Shown here: positions 9,307-18,821 of the stretch, one piece after another
Position numbering within the stretch: position 1 is the stretch's first letter
How the letters are laid out: every line of letters begins with the position of its first letter
From: Polaromonas sp.
Lineage (GTDB): Bacteria; Pseudomonadota; Gammaproteobacteria; Burkholderiales; Burkholderiaceae_C
Reading direction: 5' to 3'
DNA: 52,265 bases
NCBI GenBank assembly: GCA_031423655.1
Contig: JANPFZ010000274.1
Location: 1-52,265 of the forward strand
Translations under genes and position numbers: made by a program
Notes under the pieces: model-generated
Databases searched by the model: none
The model's input: only the letters and a program-made list of their open reading frames with translations
What the model was told of the DNA's origin: nothing

Positions 9307-10380
9307 TTAATGAACGAGATTCGGCTTGCTTGCGCTCGCCGGGGTGAACTTATCGACATGGGTATGGTCAAGCGCGACGCCCAGGCGTTGAAGTACCGGG
9401 AGCAGGGCATCGATCATGGGTGGCGGCCCGCAGGTGTAAGCGTCAACCTCGCCGGGCAGTTGCTGGGCACGAAAAATGCGCTCTACGGCCTCATGCACAA
9501 AGCCGGTTTCGCCAGTCCAGGCGTCTTCGGCTGTGGCCTGTGACAGCACAGGGATAAATTCAAAGTCGGCGAGCCTGGCAGCGATTGCCTCAAACTCGTT
9601 GAGAAAGAACAGATCCTTGCGCGTACGCGCACCGTAGAAGAAGCGGATCGGTCGTTGCTCACCGCTCTCGATGTGATCTTGCAAGATCGACCATAGCGGC
9701 GACATGCCCGATCCGCCGCCGACGAGAATCATCGGCCCGGTCTGTCCTTCGCGACGAAAGCAGGTCCCGAACGGTCCCTTGACCGTTAACCCGGTGCCTG
9801 GCTCCAGCGTGGTATCGAGCAGCGACGAAAAAGCGCCGTCAGGGTACTTGCGGATGATGAATTGCAGCTTCGACGGGCTGCTCTGCGTGCTCGCCATCGA
9901 GTACGAGCGAGTCACCCCCGCTGCGGGCACGTGGATCTCTACAAACTGGCCGGCCCAAAACTTCATCGGCTGTTCCAGCTGGACTTCAAGCATCCGCGTG
10001 TCGTGGGTCAGTGGCGTGACGGCGCTCAGCACGCCATCAAAAGCCTTTACCGCGATTGCCCGGCGCAAGAGGTCTTCATCAAAGTTCAGCAATTCAATCG
10101 TCAGGTCGCTGAATGCATAACTTCGGCACAGCAGGATATGCCCGGTGTCGCGCTCGTAGTCAGGCAGCGCGAAAGTGGAATAGTCCTCCACCTCCGCGTC
10201 GCCTTCGAGAAGCACGCATTTGCAACTGCTGCACTGGCCCTCACGGCAACCATGCGGCACCGCGATGCCCTGGCGAAAAGCCGCATCCAGAATCCATTCG
10301 CCTTCCTCGACTTCCAATTCCACGCCAACCGGCTCGAAACGCACGGTGTGAACCCTCTTTTTCGACAGGATCTCCGACAT
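9307..10380 (-). CDS. prmB: SDIMO NADH reductase ([2Fe-2S] + FAD + NAD domains)
   Basis: GCREGQCSSCKC ferredoxin motif, RSYS, GGGSGMSP, YTCGPPPMI. Confidence 0.92.
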   Translation of the reverse strand: MSEILSKKRVHTVRFEPVGVELEVEEGEWILDAAFRQGIAVPHGCREGQCSSCKCVLLEGDAEVEDYSTFALPDYERDTGHILLCRSYAFSDLTIELLNFDEDLLRRAIAVKAFDGVLSAVTPLTHDTRMLEVQLEQPMKFWAGQFVEIHVPAAGVTRSYSMASTQSSPSKLQFIIRKYPDGAFSSLLDTTLEPGTGLTVKGPFGTCFRREGQTGPMILVGGGSGMSPLWSILQDHIESGEQRPIRFFYGARTRKDLFFLNEFEAIAARLADFEFIPVLSQATAEDAWTGETGFVHEAVERIFRAQQLPGEVDAYTCGPPPMIDALLPVLQRLGVALDHTHVDKFTPASASKPNLVH

Positions 10381-10448
10381 GTCTATCTTTCTTTTGCATT
10401 CGTTGGCCGCCGCTAACCCAACAGGTCTGGCGGCGGCGTGAGGGTGCT

Positions 10449-12116
10449 TTAGATTGGGTTGATCTTGAAGCCCTTGCGATACTCGATGGCAGCCTCCTCG
10501 CGAGCCTCAGGCGTCAGCGCCCGGAAGCCGATCAACGGGCTTCCCAGCGTGTAGCCCTTCACGTGATCGAGCGTCCACATCTGCTTGTCGTCGAAGCGCA
10601 AGTGCGGCTGCGGGATCAGCGTCTTACCGTCAGATCGCACGAAGCCCAGATCCTTGATGGCGTCAGCCAGGTCCCAGCCGTGGTAGCACTCTTCCCACTC
10701 ACGACGCCCACTGAAGCGGCCCATGGCGGGAGTCGCACGGCCTTCGTACTCGGCAGCAAAGGCCACCTTGTGGGTCCAGCGACAGACCTCGGAGCAATAG
10801 GTAAACGTCTTGCCGTCAACCTCGTCGTAGCAGAAGTCTTCACGGATCAGGCAGGGCACCATACAACTCCAGCAACGGTGCGGATAGGCGTAGCCGTTTT
10901 CCTGGTCGAACAGGATGTTGGTCTGGCCCGGCACGCTCTTTCTGGCATACCACTTCCAGTAGTCGCCGAACTCGGCATACCAACCGGGGTATTTGTGTTC
11001 GAACCAGTCAAAGTCTTTTTCGGTCTGGGCTTCAATGCGCCAGAAATTGACCGGCCAGCCCACCGAGAAGAACTGAGCCGTCTTGTGGATGTAGTTCTTC
11101 TTGACGATCCGGTCCCAGGCTGCGCCGACGTCGTCGTGGTGAATCTTCACGCCGTACTTTTCCAGCGGCAGCATGTAGGTGCGGTAGTAGTCTTCGTAGA
11201 TCCAGCGGTGCCAGAGCTCAGCGTAAGACTCTTTATTTTTGTTGCGGTCGGTCGTGCCGTATTCGACGAGGGTGCCGATCGCCGCATCGACGATGGCGTG
11301 GTTCTGCCAGAACGCGTAGCGAAGATCGCGCTCCAGCAGCAGGTGATTGCTTGGGTCGTTGACCAGCGACATCAGCAGGGAATGCCCGTTGCCGATGTGA
11401 CGCGATTCGTCGGACTGCACCGACAGGAAGACCGTTGAGAGCGCGTAGTCGCCATTGCGTGCGGCCTCGGAGGGCATCGCGACGAACAAGGTGTTGGTGA
11501 AGGCGGTTTCTGCCACCACCGTCAAGTAGATGTTGGCAGCCGTGATGGCATCGCCGGTGAGGAAACCTTCGGCGAACTGGCGGCCAATGGTCGTTGCGTA
11601 GCACTTGCCGAAGGCAGCTTCGGTGATGTCGAATCCAGCAGGGTCGATATAGTTTTCCATATACCACTTTTTCAGGTTCATCTGAATCGTGGAGTGGCGA
11701 AACTCGTCAACCATCTGCATCGTGAAGCCGGTGCGCAGCTCTTCGCCTGGAGCAAGCCGGGCGACCATGGCCATCGAGCGTGCAGCCGATATTTCTGGAA
11801 ATGGAATGATCGCCAGGAACAACTTCATCCACTCGACCCAACGCGGCTGGGTATTGCGGAACATGTCACCGCGCAGGGCGGCGTCGAGCGCGCCATAGAC
11901 GCGGTTGTCCTTTTCTTCCTGCATCGGGAAGTAGGATCGAAGCACCTGCTTCATCGGGTCGCGCGGTGCCTTGCTGATTTTGTAGTCAGTCGGGAAGGTC
12001 ATCGCTTCCTGCACATAGCTCGGTTGCCAGCCGAGATCGGCGATGCGACGAGTCGCCTCGCCGATATTGATCCCCTTTTGAGAGGTGATCTTGTTGAGTG
12101 TTAAACCCGCAGCCAT
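10449..12116 (-). CDS. prmA: SDIMO hydroxylase alpha subunit, group 5 (propane monooxygenase-like)
   Basis: Two di-iron motifs (VDEFRHS, SDESRHIG), QEEKDNRVYG; gene order alpha-reductase-beta-coupling. Confidence 0.93.
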   Translation of the reverse strand: MAAGLTLNKITSQKGINIGEATRRIADLGWQPSYVQEAMTFPTDYKISKAPRDPMKQVLRSYFPMQEEKDNRVYGALDAALRGDMFRNTQPRWVEWMKLFLAIIPFPEISAARSMAMVARLAPGEELRTGFTMQMVDEFRHSTIQMNLKKWYMENYIDPAGFDITEAAFGKCYATTIGRQFAEGFLTGDAITAANIYLTVVAETAFTNTLFVAMPSEAARNGDYALSTVFLSVQSDESRHIGNGHSLLMSLVNDPSNHLLLERDLRYAFWQNHAIVDAAIGTLVEYGTTDRNKNKESYAELWHRWIYEDYYRTYMLPLEKYGVKIHHDDVGAAWDRIVKKNYIHKTAQFFSVGWPVNFWRIEAQTEKDFDWFEHKYPGWYAEFGDYWKWYARKSVPGQTNILFDQENGYAYPHRCWSCMVPCLIREDFCYDEVDGKTFTYCSEVCRWTHKVAFAAEYEGRATPAMGRFSGRREWEECYHGWDLADAIKDLGFVRSDGKTLIPQPHLRFDDKQMWTLDHVKGYTLGSPLIGFRALTPEAREEAAIEYRKGFKINPI

Positions 12117-12224
12117 TGAGTTCTCCTTTAAGTAAGTTGCACCGTTTGGTCAAATCGCTTGGAGCATGACGGCCAGACCGTGTTACCCCTTGCTGTGTTC
12201 GGGCTACTGCCCTACATCTTTATT

Positions 12225-12240
12225 AGCGATTTGTATGCCA
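12225..12240 (-). promoter_or_regulatory. sigma54 -24/-12 promoter of prmA operon
   Basis: Minus strand TGGCATACAAATCGCT (GG-N10-GC), about 110 nt upstream of the prmA ATG. Confidence 0.7.
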
Positions 12241-12314
12241 CAGCTCCAAAACCCTAGTGCGACTTGGTTTTCACTGGAGAGAAACGCCACAGGGTTTATG
12301 CGAAGACGGCGATG

Positions 12315-12364
12315 CGTCGTGTTCTGGGACAGTTCGAAGCAACACCACGTCCAATCGTGGGACG
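12315..12364. promoter_or_regulatory. tandem putative enhancer sites for the sigma54 activator
   Basis: CGTCG-N7-GGACA (12315-12331) and CGTCC-N7-GGACG (12348-12364). The same motif recurs upstream of the adh promoter. Confidence 0.55.
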
Positions 12365-12691
12365 CCTGCGCACAAACGCTAATTTGTTGAGTGCAGCAAT
12401 GCCGCCGTGTTTGTTGAGCTCGTTGCAGTGCGTCTTCCCGGCGCCACGGATGCAGTAGAAATGGACGCGAGCATGGCGCCGGCTGCCAGCAGCGCGTGGG
12501 CGCGAAAGATGTGGTGTCTTCGACAGGGGAGAGGGCGGGCAAGGCGCATGCGGCGTTCACCAGAAACGGCCTTGCCTGAGCGCACGCGCCGTGGCGGGAT
12601 TGCCCGCCTTGCATCGGGCGGGAGGCGCACATGATCGGCCCCGCCATCCTGAGGGCCGGATCGTCGACTGATGGCGCTCTTGCGCCGCAAA

Positions 12692-12892
12692 TCACTGCAG
12701 CACGGTAGGCGGCTGTTTTTCGGGGCTACTACCGGCTTCTGCGGCGGCAGGCCGGTCGCGTTCTGCAATAAAGCGGGCCGCCAGAACCAGTGCGCCCATC
12801 GCAAAGTCCTTGTCATACGCGGCGATCATCTCGTCGGACAGACGGGCCAGTTCGGCGAAAAAAAAGTCTTTGCTGGTTGGGTCTGGGCTCAT
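12692..12892 (-). CDS. small hypothetical protein (66 aa)
   Basis: Start overlaps the WD40 stop; GGAG SD; helical amphipathic sequence (FAMGALVLAARFIAE). Confidence 0.65.
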   Translation of the reverse strand: MSPDPTSKDFFFAELARLSDEMIAAYDKDFAMGALVLAARFIAERDRPAAAEAGSSPEKQPPTVLQ

Positions 12893-14010
12893 TGAATCGA
12901 CTCCTTGATTGAACGATCAGGGTTGCGGGAACGAAAAAGCCCTTCAGGCAAACTGAGCCAGCCCAGCAAGCCATCCTGTGTGCCTAATGCAAGGCGGCTG
13001 CCATCGCCTGACCACGTCAGCACATTGACCGCGCCGCCACCCGAGCCCTTGATGAAAAGCCCTTCGCTGCTGCCGGGCTGGCAGAGCAGCACGGCGCCAT
13101 TGTGATAACCGGCTGCAATCAGCGATTGCCCTGGATGGCATGCGACGCAAGTCACCGGCGTTTTGCTGGCGATGCCGCACTCCACGGGCTGGTCGGCCCC
13201 GTTGGGCGGGTCAAAGCCCCAGCACACCGGCCGCGTGCCGCCGCTGGTGGCGAGGTAACGTCCGTCGTGCGCGAACGAGAGCGACAGCGGCTGGCCTGGA
13301 TAGCCACCCATTTCAATATCGCCGCCATCGGCAACGCGCCAGCCATGCAGGGCGTTTTCCTGCATGCCCGAAACCAGATACTGGCCATCAGGGCTCCAGA
13401 CCAGCGCGCGGTGATAACCGCTCCAGGCCAGCAGCCGGCTGGATCCGTCGTTGGACCATAGTGTGGCGCCGCCGCTGTGTGCAATGGCCAAACATTCGCC
13501 GTCAGGACTGAAGGCGAGGGCTGTGGCGGGCGCCGGCAGAGCTATGGATTCATTCGCCCCTGCAACCATGCGGTGTACCTGCTTGCCGCTGGCAAAGGCC
13601 CGTGTGCCGGTGCGGCTGCAAGACGCCAGCGCATTGACCCATGTGTCGGGCAAATGTGCCAGCACGGCGGGTGCGCCAACTCGTGGAATATGTACCACGC
13701 GCCCGTCGTCACCACCGGTCAAAAAGCCGCCGCCTGCATCAGCCGACAGGGACAGGCAACTGCCTTGGTGGCAAGCCGCACGCACAGGCTGCGGTGCGGG
13801 TGCCTGCGCTTCAATCACGGTAACGCCGCCGCCGGGCTTGGGCTCGACGCGTGGACCGGCTGCCCATTTAGCGTTAACGACTGCGAGGTGGCCGTCGCCC
13901 AGTGCAAAACCAATCGCGCCGCTTTCTGCATCCCAGACCGCAGCCACAACAGGTGCGCCCAGTGTCCAGGACGCGCCGAGAAGATTTAGCAGAGGTGGGG
14001 CCGCGTTCAT
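12889..14010 (-). CDS. WD40-repeat beta-propeller protein
   Basis: Repeated ALAFSPDG / [10 protein letters not shown] / [10 protein letters not shown] / [10 protein letters not shown]; ATGA overlap with cobW. Confidence 0.85.
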   Translation of the reverse strand: MNAAPPLLNLLGASWTLGAPVVAAVWDAESGAIGFALGDGHLAVVNAKWAAGPRVEPKPGGGVTVIEAQAPAPQPVRAACHQGSCLSLSADAGGGFLTGGDDGRVVHIPRVGAPAVLAHLPDTWVNALASCSRTGTRAFASGKQVHRMVAGANESIALPAPATALAFSPDGECLAIAHSGGATLWSNDGSSRLLAWSGYHRALVWSPDGQYLVSGMQENALHGWRVADGGDIEMGGYPGQPLSLSFAHDGRYLATSGGTRPVCWGFDPPNGADQPVECGIASKTPVTCVACHPGQSLIAAGYHNGAVLLCQPGSSEGLFIKGSGGGAVNVLTWSGDGSRLALGTQDGLLGWLSLPEGLFRSRNPDRSIKESIQ

Positions 14011-15020
14011 GCCGCCACCGTATCAGCGTCCGCAAGGCAGTGGAGCAGCTCGCTGCGCAACTCGCCGGCATCAAGCTTGCGGCCAATAAATACGAGCCGC
14101 GATTCGCGCGACTCGCCTTCTGCCCAGGCCCGGTCCAGGCCGCTATCGACGGTCATGTGAACTGCCTGAAAGACAAACCTTCGGTCCGCCCCTTCAAAGG
14201 CAACGATGCCCTTGGCGCGCAGCAGATCAGCGCCGCGCTCCGTCACCAGTCCTTGCAGCCAGGGCATGAAGCGGCTTCGGTCAAGCGCTTGCGTAAAGCT
14301 CAGTGACACGCTGTCGATACCTTTGCTATGTTGACCTGCGGCAGCCGGTCGATAGACGTGTGAGCGCGTGCCGACCGGTGTCGCGCCAAGGCGCGGCCCC
14401 GGCACGCGCATCCGGCTGAGATCAAACGCCCCGCGATCGAGCAGTTGCGAAAGCGGAATGTCGCCGTGGACCGAGCGTCGCAGCTCCGCCGATGGGTTGA
14501 GTTGTTGCACCAGACGCTCGGCCTCGGCCAGCATGGCGTCGTTGGCCAGATCGACCTTGTTCAACAACACCAGATCGGCCTGCGCCAGCTGCGCCCCGGT
14601 CTCCGGCGCATCGTCGAGTTGCCCGGCCAGGTGACGCGCATCGGCCACACAAATCACGCTGTCGATGCGCGTGTGCTGGCGCAGCAAGTCGTCAAAGTAA
14701 AAAGTCTGCACCACCGGTGCCGGATCGGCCAGGCCGGTGGTCTCGATGATGATGCCGTCAAAGCGGCCGGGGCGCTTCAGCAAGTTGCTCGCCACGCGGA
14801 TCAGGTCACCGCGCAACTTGCAGCAGACGCAGCCATTGTTCAGCTCGTAAACCTCTTCTTCGGCGCCAACAACGAGAGACCCATCAATACCCAGCTCGCC
14901 GTATTCATTCACGATCACGGCATAGCGCTTGCCCTCAGCGCCCCGCAGCAGGCGATTGAGCAGGGTGGTCTTGCCCGCGCCCAGAAAGCCGGTCAGCACA
15001 GTTACGGGAACGGGTGTCAT
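14007..15020 (-). CDS. COG0523/CobW-family G3E metallochaperone GTPase
   Basis: [27 protein letters not shown] and C-terminal RAKG...VFIG motifs. Confidence 0.93.
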   Translation of the reverse strand: MTPVPVTVLTGFLGAGKTTLLNRLLRGAEGKRYAVIVNEYGELGIDGSLVVGAEEEVYELNNGCVCCKLRGDLIRVASNLLKRPGRFDGIIIETTGLADPAPVVQTFYFDDLLRQHTRIDSVICVADARHLAGQLDDAPETGAQLAQADLVLLNKVDLANDAMLAEAERLVQQLNPSAELRRSVHGDIPLSQLLDRGAFDLSRMRVPGPRLGATPVGTRSHVYRPAAAGQHSKGIDSVSLSFTQALDRSRFMPWLQGLVTERGADLLRAKGIVAFEGADRRFVFQAVHMTVDSGLDRAWAEGESRESRLVFIGRKLDAGELRSELLHCLADADTVAA

Positions 15021-15058
15021 TGAAATCCCTTGAAAGTGAAGGCCAATGGATTACCGGA

Positions 15059-16102
15059 TCAGGGAATCAGCACCGCTCGGCCCTTGACCTTGCCGTGGTG
15101 CAGATCCAGCAGCGCCTGATTCGCGTCCTTCAACTTGTACTCGCGCGTGGCCAGATGCACCAGGCCACGGTCTGCCAGTGCCATCAGCTCTACCAGCTCT
15201 GGATAAGTGCCCACCAGGTTGCCGATGATGCTTTTTTCGCTGGTGACCATATCGATGGTCGGCAGCTCGATCTTGCCGCCGTAGCCAACGATGTAGTAGC
15301 TGCCGGCGTTTCGCGTCATCGCCAGCCCTTTGGCGATGGCATCGCCTTCGCCCACAAAGTCGATCACAGCCTCGGCCCCCTTGCCTTTCGTCAGCTCCAG
15401 CACCCGTGCAACTTCGTTGCCGTCGGCCTTGACCAAGTGGTGAGCGCCGCATTCCTTGGCCAGTTGAAGCGCCATATCGGAACGGTCCACGATGATGATT
15501 TCAGCAGCGCAGAGCGCCGCCAGCACTTGAATGCCGATATGGCCCAGACCGCCCGCACCAATGACTACCGCATATTCGCCCGGCAGCAGATGGCGCGAGG
15601 CCTTTTTTGCAGCGCGGTAGGCGGTGAGGCCGGCGTCGGTGTACGGAGCAACGTCTTTGGGCGCAAGCGTCTTGGGCAGCTTGATCAGCGAGCGTTGGTC
15701 GGTGCGCAGGTACTCGGCATAACCGCCATCAGCGTTGATGCCGGGAAAACGGCTATCTTCGGCGTGCATGTCATCACCGCGCCGGCAAGCCAGGCAGTGG
15801 CCGCTCGTTACCAGCGGGTGGCAGATCACCGCATCACCGACCTTCACGCCAGTAACTGCCGAGCCCATGGCCTCGACCCAGCCGGCGTTCTCGTGGCCCA
15901 TGATGTAGGGCAGCTTGACCTCGACCTTGCTGCGCCAGATGCCCTCGACCACGTGCAGGTCAGTGCGGCACACGCCAGCGCCGCCAATGCGCACAATCAC
16001 ATCGGTCGGGCTCTCAATTTTTGGATCGGGCACGTCTTCGTAGCGCACAAAGGCACCACTGCTGAGCGACTCGTCGTACTCGTGCAGTACAGCAGCTTTC
16101 AT
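15059..16102 (-). CDS. NAD-dependent zinc alcohol dehydrogenase
   Basis: GVCRTDLH, GHENAG, GAGGLG. Start ATG 16102 (MKAAVLHEY) follows an AAGGAAG SD and lies downstream of the sigma54 promoter. Confidence 0.92.
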   Translation of the reverse strand: MKAAVLHEYDESLSSGAFVRYEDVPDPKIESPTDVIVRIGGAGVCRTDLHVVEGIWRSKVEVKLPYIMGHENAGWVEAMGSAVTGVKVGDAVICHPLVTSGHCLACRRGDDMHAEDSRFPGINADGGYAEYLRTDQRSLIKLPKTLAPKDVAPYTDAGLTAYRAAKKASRHLLPGEYAVVIGAGGLGHIGIQVLAALCAAEIIIVDRSDMALQLAKECGAHHLVKADGNEVARVLELTKGKGAEAVIDFVGEGDAIAKGLAMTRNAGSYYIVGYGGKIELPTIDMVTSEKSIIGNLVGTYPELVELMALADRGLVHLATREYKLKDANQALLDLHHGKVKGRAVLIP

Positions 16103-16189
16103 ATTTTGTCTTCCTTGTGTTTGGAGGAATGCGGCGGGTGATGCATTCCGGTGGTGACACATTCGAATGTCACTTTGCTGCAATCTGGT

Positions 16190-16205
16190 AGCAACCACCG
16201 TGCCA
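16190..16205 (-). promoter_or_regulatory. sigma54 -24/-12 promoter of adh-cobW-WD40 operon
   Basis: Minus strand TGGCACGGTGGTTGCT, an exact TGGCAC-N5-TTGC consensus. Confidence 0.85.
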
Positions 16206-16232
16206 CTGACTGCTGCCTGAACCGATCGGTCT

Positions 16233-16245
16233 CAAGCCGTTGATT
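16233..16245 (-). promoter_or_regulatory. IHF binding site
   Basis: AATCAACGGCTTG matches WATCAA-N4-TTR and lies between the promoter and the enhancer sites. Confidence 0.6.
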
Positions 16246-16300
16246 TCACTGGGGAAGTTGGCGTTACTGCTGCTTGTCAGGGCTACCAGGGGACATAGGG

Positions 16301-16362
16301 TGTCCCTAAATCGGACGCAGGTTGCAGGTCTGCGGTCGCAGCCTGTGTCTCGTTCTACTACA
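16301..16362. promoter_or_regulatory. putative enhancer sites for the sigma54 activator
   Basis: TGTCC-N7-GGACG (16301-16317) and the weaker TGTCT-N7-CTACA (16346-16362). Confidence 0.5.
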
Positions 16363-16446
16363 GGGATTTCCCTTTTTTTGAAAAGCGCCAGCAGCGGGAT
16401 TACGAACGGCGCACGTGGGGATGAAGTGGCGCCAAGCCAGAGGCCC

Positions 16447-17373
16447 TCATTTTTGAGCTGCGACCGGCATCTTCTTGCCGACAAACACCGTCGCAATCAC
16501 CGCCAGTCCAAAGCCCACCGTCACCGCATCGAGCTGTTCGCCCAGCAGCGGCACGGCAAACAGCATCGACAAAAACGGCTGCACCAGTTGCACCTGACTC
16601 ACCCGCACCGTACCACCCAGTGCCAGGCCGCGGTACCAGGCAAAAAAGCCCAGCCACATGGAAAACACGGCCACGTAGGCAAAGCCCCACCAGGCCGCAG
16701 CCTTCAGCGGTGCTTGCGGCCAGCTGATGAAGGTCAGTGGCAGCGTCAGCGGCGCCGAGATCACCAGCGCCCAGCAGATCACATGCTCTGCGCGCATCTG
16801 CTGCGACAACCTGGCCCCGTAGCCGTAACCCACGGCGGCGCACAACATGGCGGCCAGCAGCAGCAGGTCGGCCGGGCGTAGCGAGAGGCCGCCGGCGCTG
16901 CCGGACTTCAGCATGGCAAAGGCCACCACCAGCACGCTGCCCAAAGCGGCACAAACCCAGAAGCCCGAAGACGGCCGCTGGCGGTGCAGCAGCGCGCCCA
17001 CAGCGGCGGTGGCCAGCGGCAGCACGCCCACAATCACGCTGGCATGCATGGCTTCTACATAGCGCATGGCAATCGAGGTAAGAAACGGAAAGCCAAACAC
17101 CACGCCACCCGCCGTGATGGCCAGCGGCCACCAGTCGCTACGCCGGGGCAGCGGCGCGCGGGTGGCCAGCAAAAAAGCGGCTGACAGCGCGGCGGCAACC
17201 ACCGCCCGGCCTGCCGCGATGAACATGCCCGACATCTGCGGCGCATCATGAGTGCCCACGGCCAGACGCGTCATCGGCAGCGTGACGGCGAAAATGATGA
17301 TGCCGAGCAGGCCCAGCCAGAGGCCCTTGTTGATCTGAACCTGCATTTCGGCAGCGCGGGGGATGGCGCTCAT
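16447..17373 (-). CDS. EamA/DMT-family transporter
   Basis: About 10 hydrophobic segments, two EamA-like halves, QLVQPFLS...LLGE motif. Confidence 0.9.
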   Translation of the reverse strand: MSAIPRAAEMQVQINKGLWLGLLGIIIFAVTLPMTRLAVGTHDAPQMSGMFIAAGRAVVAAALSAAFLLATRAPLPRRSDWWPLAITAGGVVFGFPFLTSIAMRYVEAMHASVIVGVLPLATAAVGALLHRQRPSSGFWVCAALGSVLVVAFAMLKSGSAGGLSLRPADLLLLAAMLCAAVGYGYGARLSQQMRAEHVICWALVISAPLTLPLTFISWPQAPLKAAAWWGFAYVAVFSMWLGFFAWYRGLALGGTVRVSQVQLVQPFLSMLFAVPLLGEQLDAVTVGFGLAVIATVFVGKKMPVAAQK

Positions 17374-18008
17374 ACGAAAAGCATCCAGACGGCGGTTGCC
17401 ACCAGAACCAGCGCCATCACGCGGTTAAACCACACCAGACGGCGCCCCGACCCATTTGGCCCGGCCAGCCAGTCGCGCAGCAGCGAGCCGACCATGGCGT
17501 AAGTCAGGTTGCTGACAAATGCGTAGAACAGCATGACGGGCAGCACGATGGCAAAGCGAACGGCAGCGTCGCCTCGCCCGGCAATCCAGCCGCTGACGAT
17601 GGCGACAGCGAGCAGCCACGCCTTGATGTTGACAAACTGCAGCGCCGCGCCCTGCCAGAAGGTAACCGCCGGCGGGCTGATGCTAACCCTTGAATCCGTG
17701 AGGCTGGTGTTGCCCGGAAACTGGAATCTAACCCCGATTAATTTGGCGGCGAGCCAGAGCAGGTAAGCAACGCCCAGCAGTTTCACCGCCCAGGCCAACA
17801 GCGGAACCGCCAGCAGCAGCGCGCCCAGGCCCAACGCGCACAGCCCCAGCATCACGCCCCAGCCGACGGGCACGGCGCAGACAAACGGCATCGTCCGGCG
17901 CAGCCCGTGATTGGCACCCAGCGCGCTGGCCAGCGTGGTGTTCGGCCCGGGCGAAAAGCTCATTGCCGTGGCGAGCACCAGTAACGCCGTAAATTCTTGC
18001 CAGTTCAT
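17370..18008 (-). CDS. LysE/RhtB-family translocator
   Basis: SFSPGPNT and FWQGAALQFVNIKAW motifs; ATGA overlap with the DMT gene. Confidence 0.9.
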   Translation of the reverse strand: MNWQEFTALLVLATAMSFSPGPNTTLASALGANHGLRRTMPFVCAVPVGWGVMLGLCALGLGALLLAVPLLAWAVKLLGVAYLLWLAAKLIGVRFQFPGNTSLTDSRVSISPPAVTFWQGAALQFVNIKAWLLAVAIVSGWIAGRGDAAVRFAIVLPVMLFYAFVSNLTYAMVGSLLRDWLAGPNGSGRRLVWFNRVMALVLVATAVWMLFV

Positions 18009-18075
18009 AAGGCGACTTTATCGTCGAAACCCCATTCAAACCGCTATAACGCAAGTTTTGCTTTTGATGCCTGGT

Positions 18076-18140
18076 TTCATACATAAAACAGGCCTCAGGC
18101 CCAGGTATCACATGCGTAATCAGCTATTGAAAACATAGTG
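18076..18140 (-). repeat. dispersed ~60-bp repeat with GCTA-N9-TAGC core (copy 1)
   Basis: Core GCTATTGAAAACATAGT at 18123-18139 plus a TGGGC..AGGCC tail on the minus strand. Confidence 0.6.
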
Positions 18141-18286
18141 ACTCTGAATCAATGCTCGTCGCATCAGCGCAGCGAAATCCGTCATCTGGTTTTTTCCTGC
18201 CAAAGCTGGAGAAGGCTTGGGGATGTCGGGTTGCGTCCCTGGCTAGCCCGAACTGCGCGCGACAAGACAAGCTGCGCAGCCACTGT

Positions 18287-18351
18287 TTCATACGCCAAAA
18301 AGGCCTTCAGCTCATGCGATATGTGTGTGTAAAGCTATTAAAAAAATAGCA
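18287..18351 (-). repeat. dispersed ~60-bp repeat (copy 2)
   Basis: Core GCTATTAAAAAAATAGC at 18334-18350; tail TGAGCTGAAGGCC. Confidence 0.6.
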
Positions 18352-18821
18352 TCAAGCGGCAAATGCTTGACGCCGAAAAACTCGGGGCAGACCTTGCGTT
18401 GACCGTACGCCGACCTGCTATTCATGGCTGACCCGTTGCTGTTTTCCGGTCGCTGCCCTTTTCTTCGTGCGTCCAAATCCGTCAAATTGACCGATTCGTA
18501 CATGTTGAATTGTGTTTCTGTCTGACTTCCGAAAATTTAATAAAAATCATAAAAATCAAAAATAAGCTAAAAAATATAAATGCAATATTTATGTAACTTC
18601 TAATTGATGGCTCATATTTACAACATTTTGTGAAAAAGTAAGCGCTTTGGTAATTTTCAATCGGTGTAGGAATAGGCCTACTGGGTAAACTAGCGCTCTG
18701 TAACGGTACGCTTACCGCTGCGTCGGTATTCCGGATGAAAACACTGATTTTCGACAGGCCGATACCCGTCTAGCTCGACCCGAGTTCTCATTTCAATTCC
18801 CTATTTTCTGTGAAAGTGCTC

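Noticed and set aside
12204-12816. ORFs 12204-12695 and 12379-12816, or a riboswitch in this gap
   Set aside because: No recognisable protein features, overlap with the promoter/enhancer region, and no cobalamin riboswitch consensus seen.
18530-18800. c-di-GMP riboswitch upstream of operon 1
   Set aside because: Only a GGTAAAC fragment; the GAAA tetraloop/GACGCAAA architecture is absent. The region is simply an AT-rich promoter zone.
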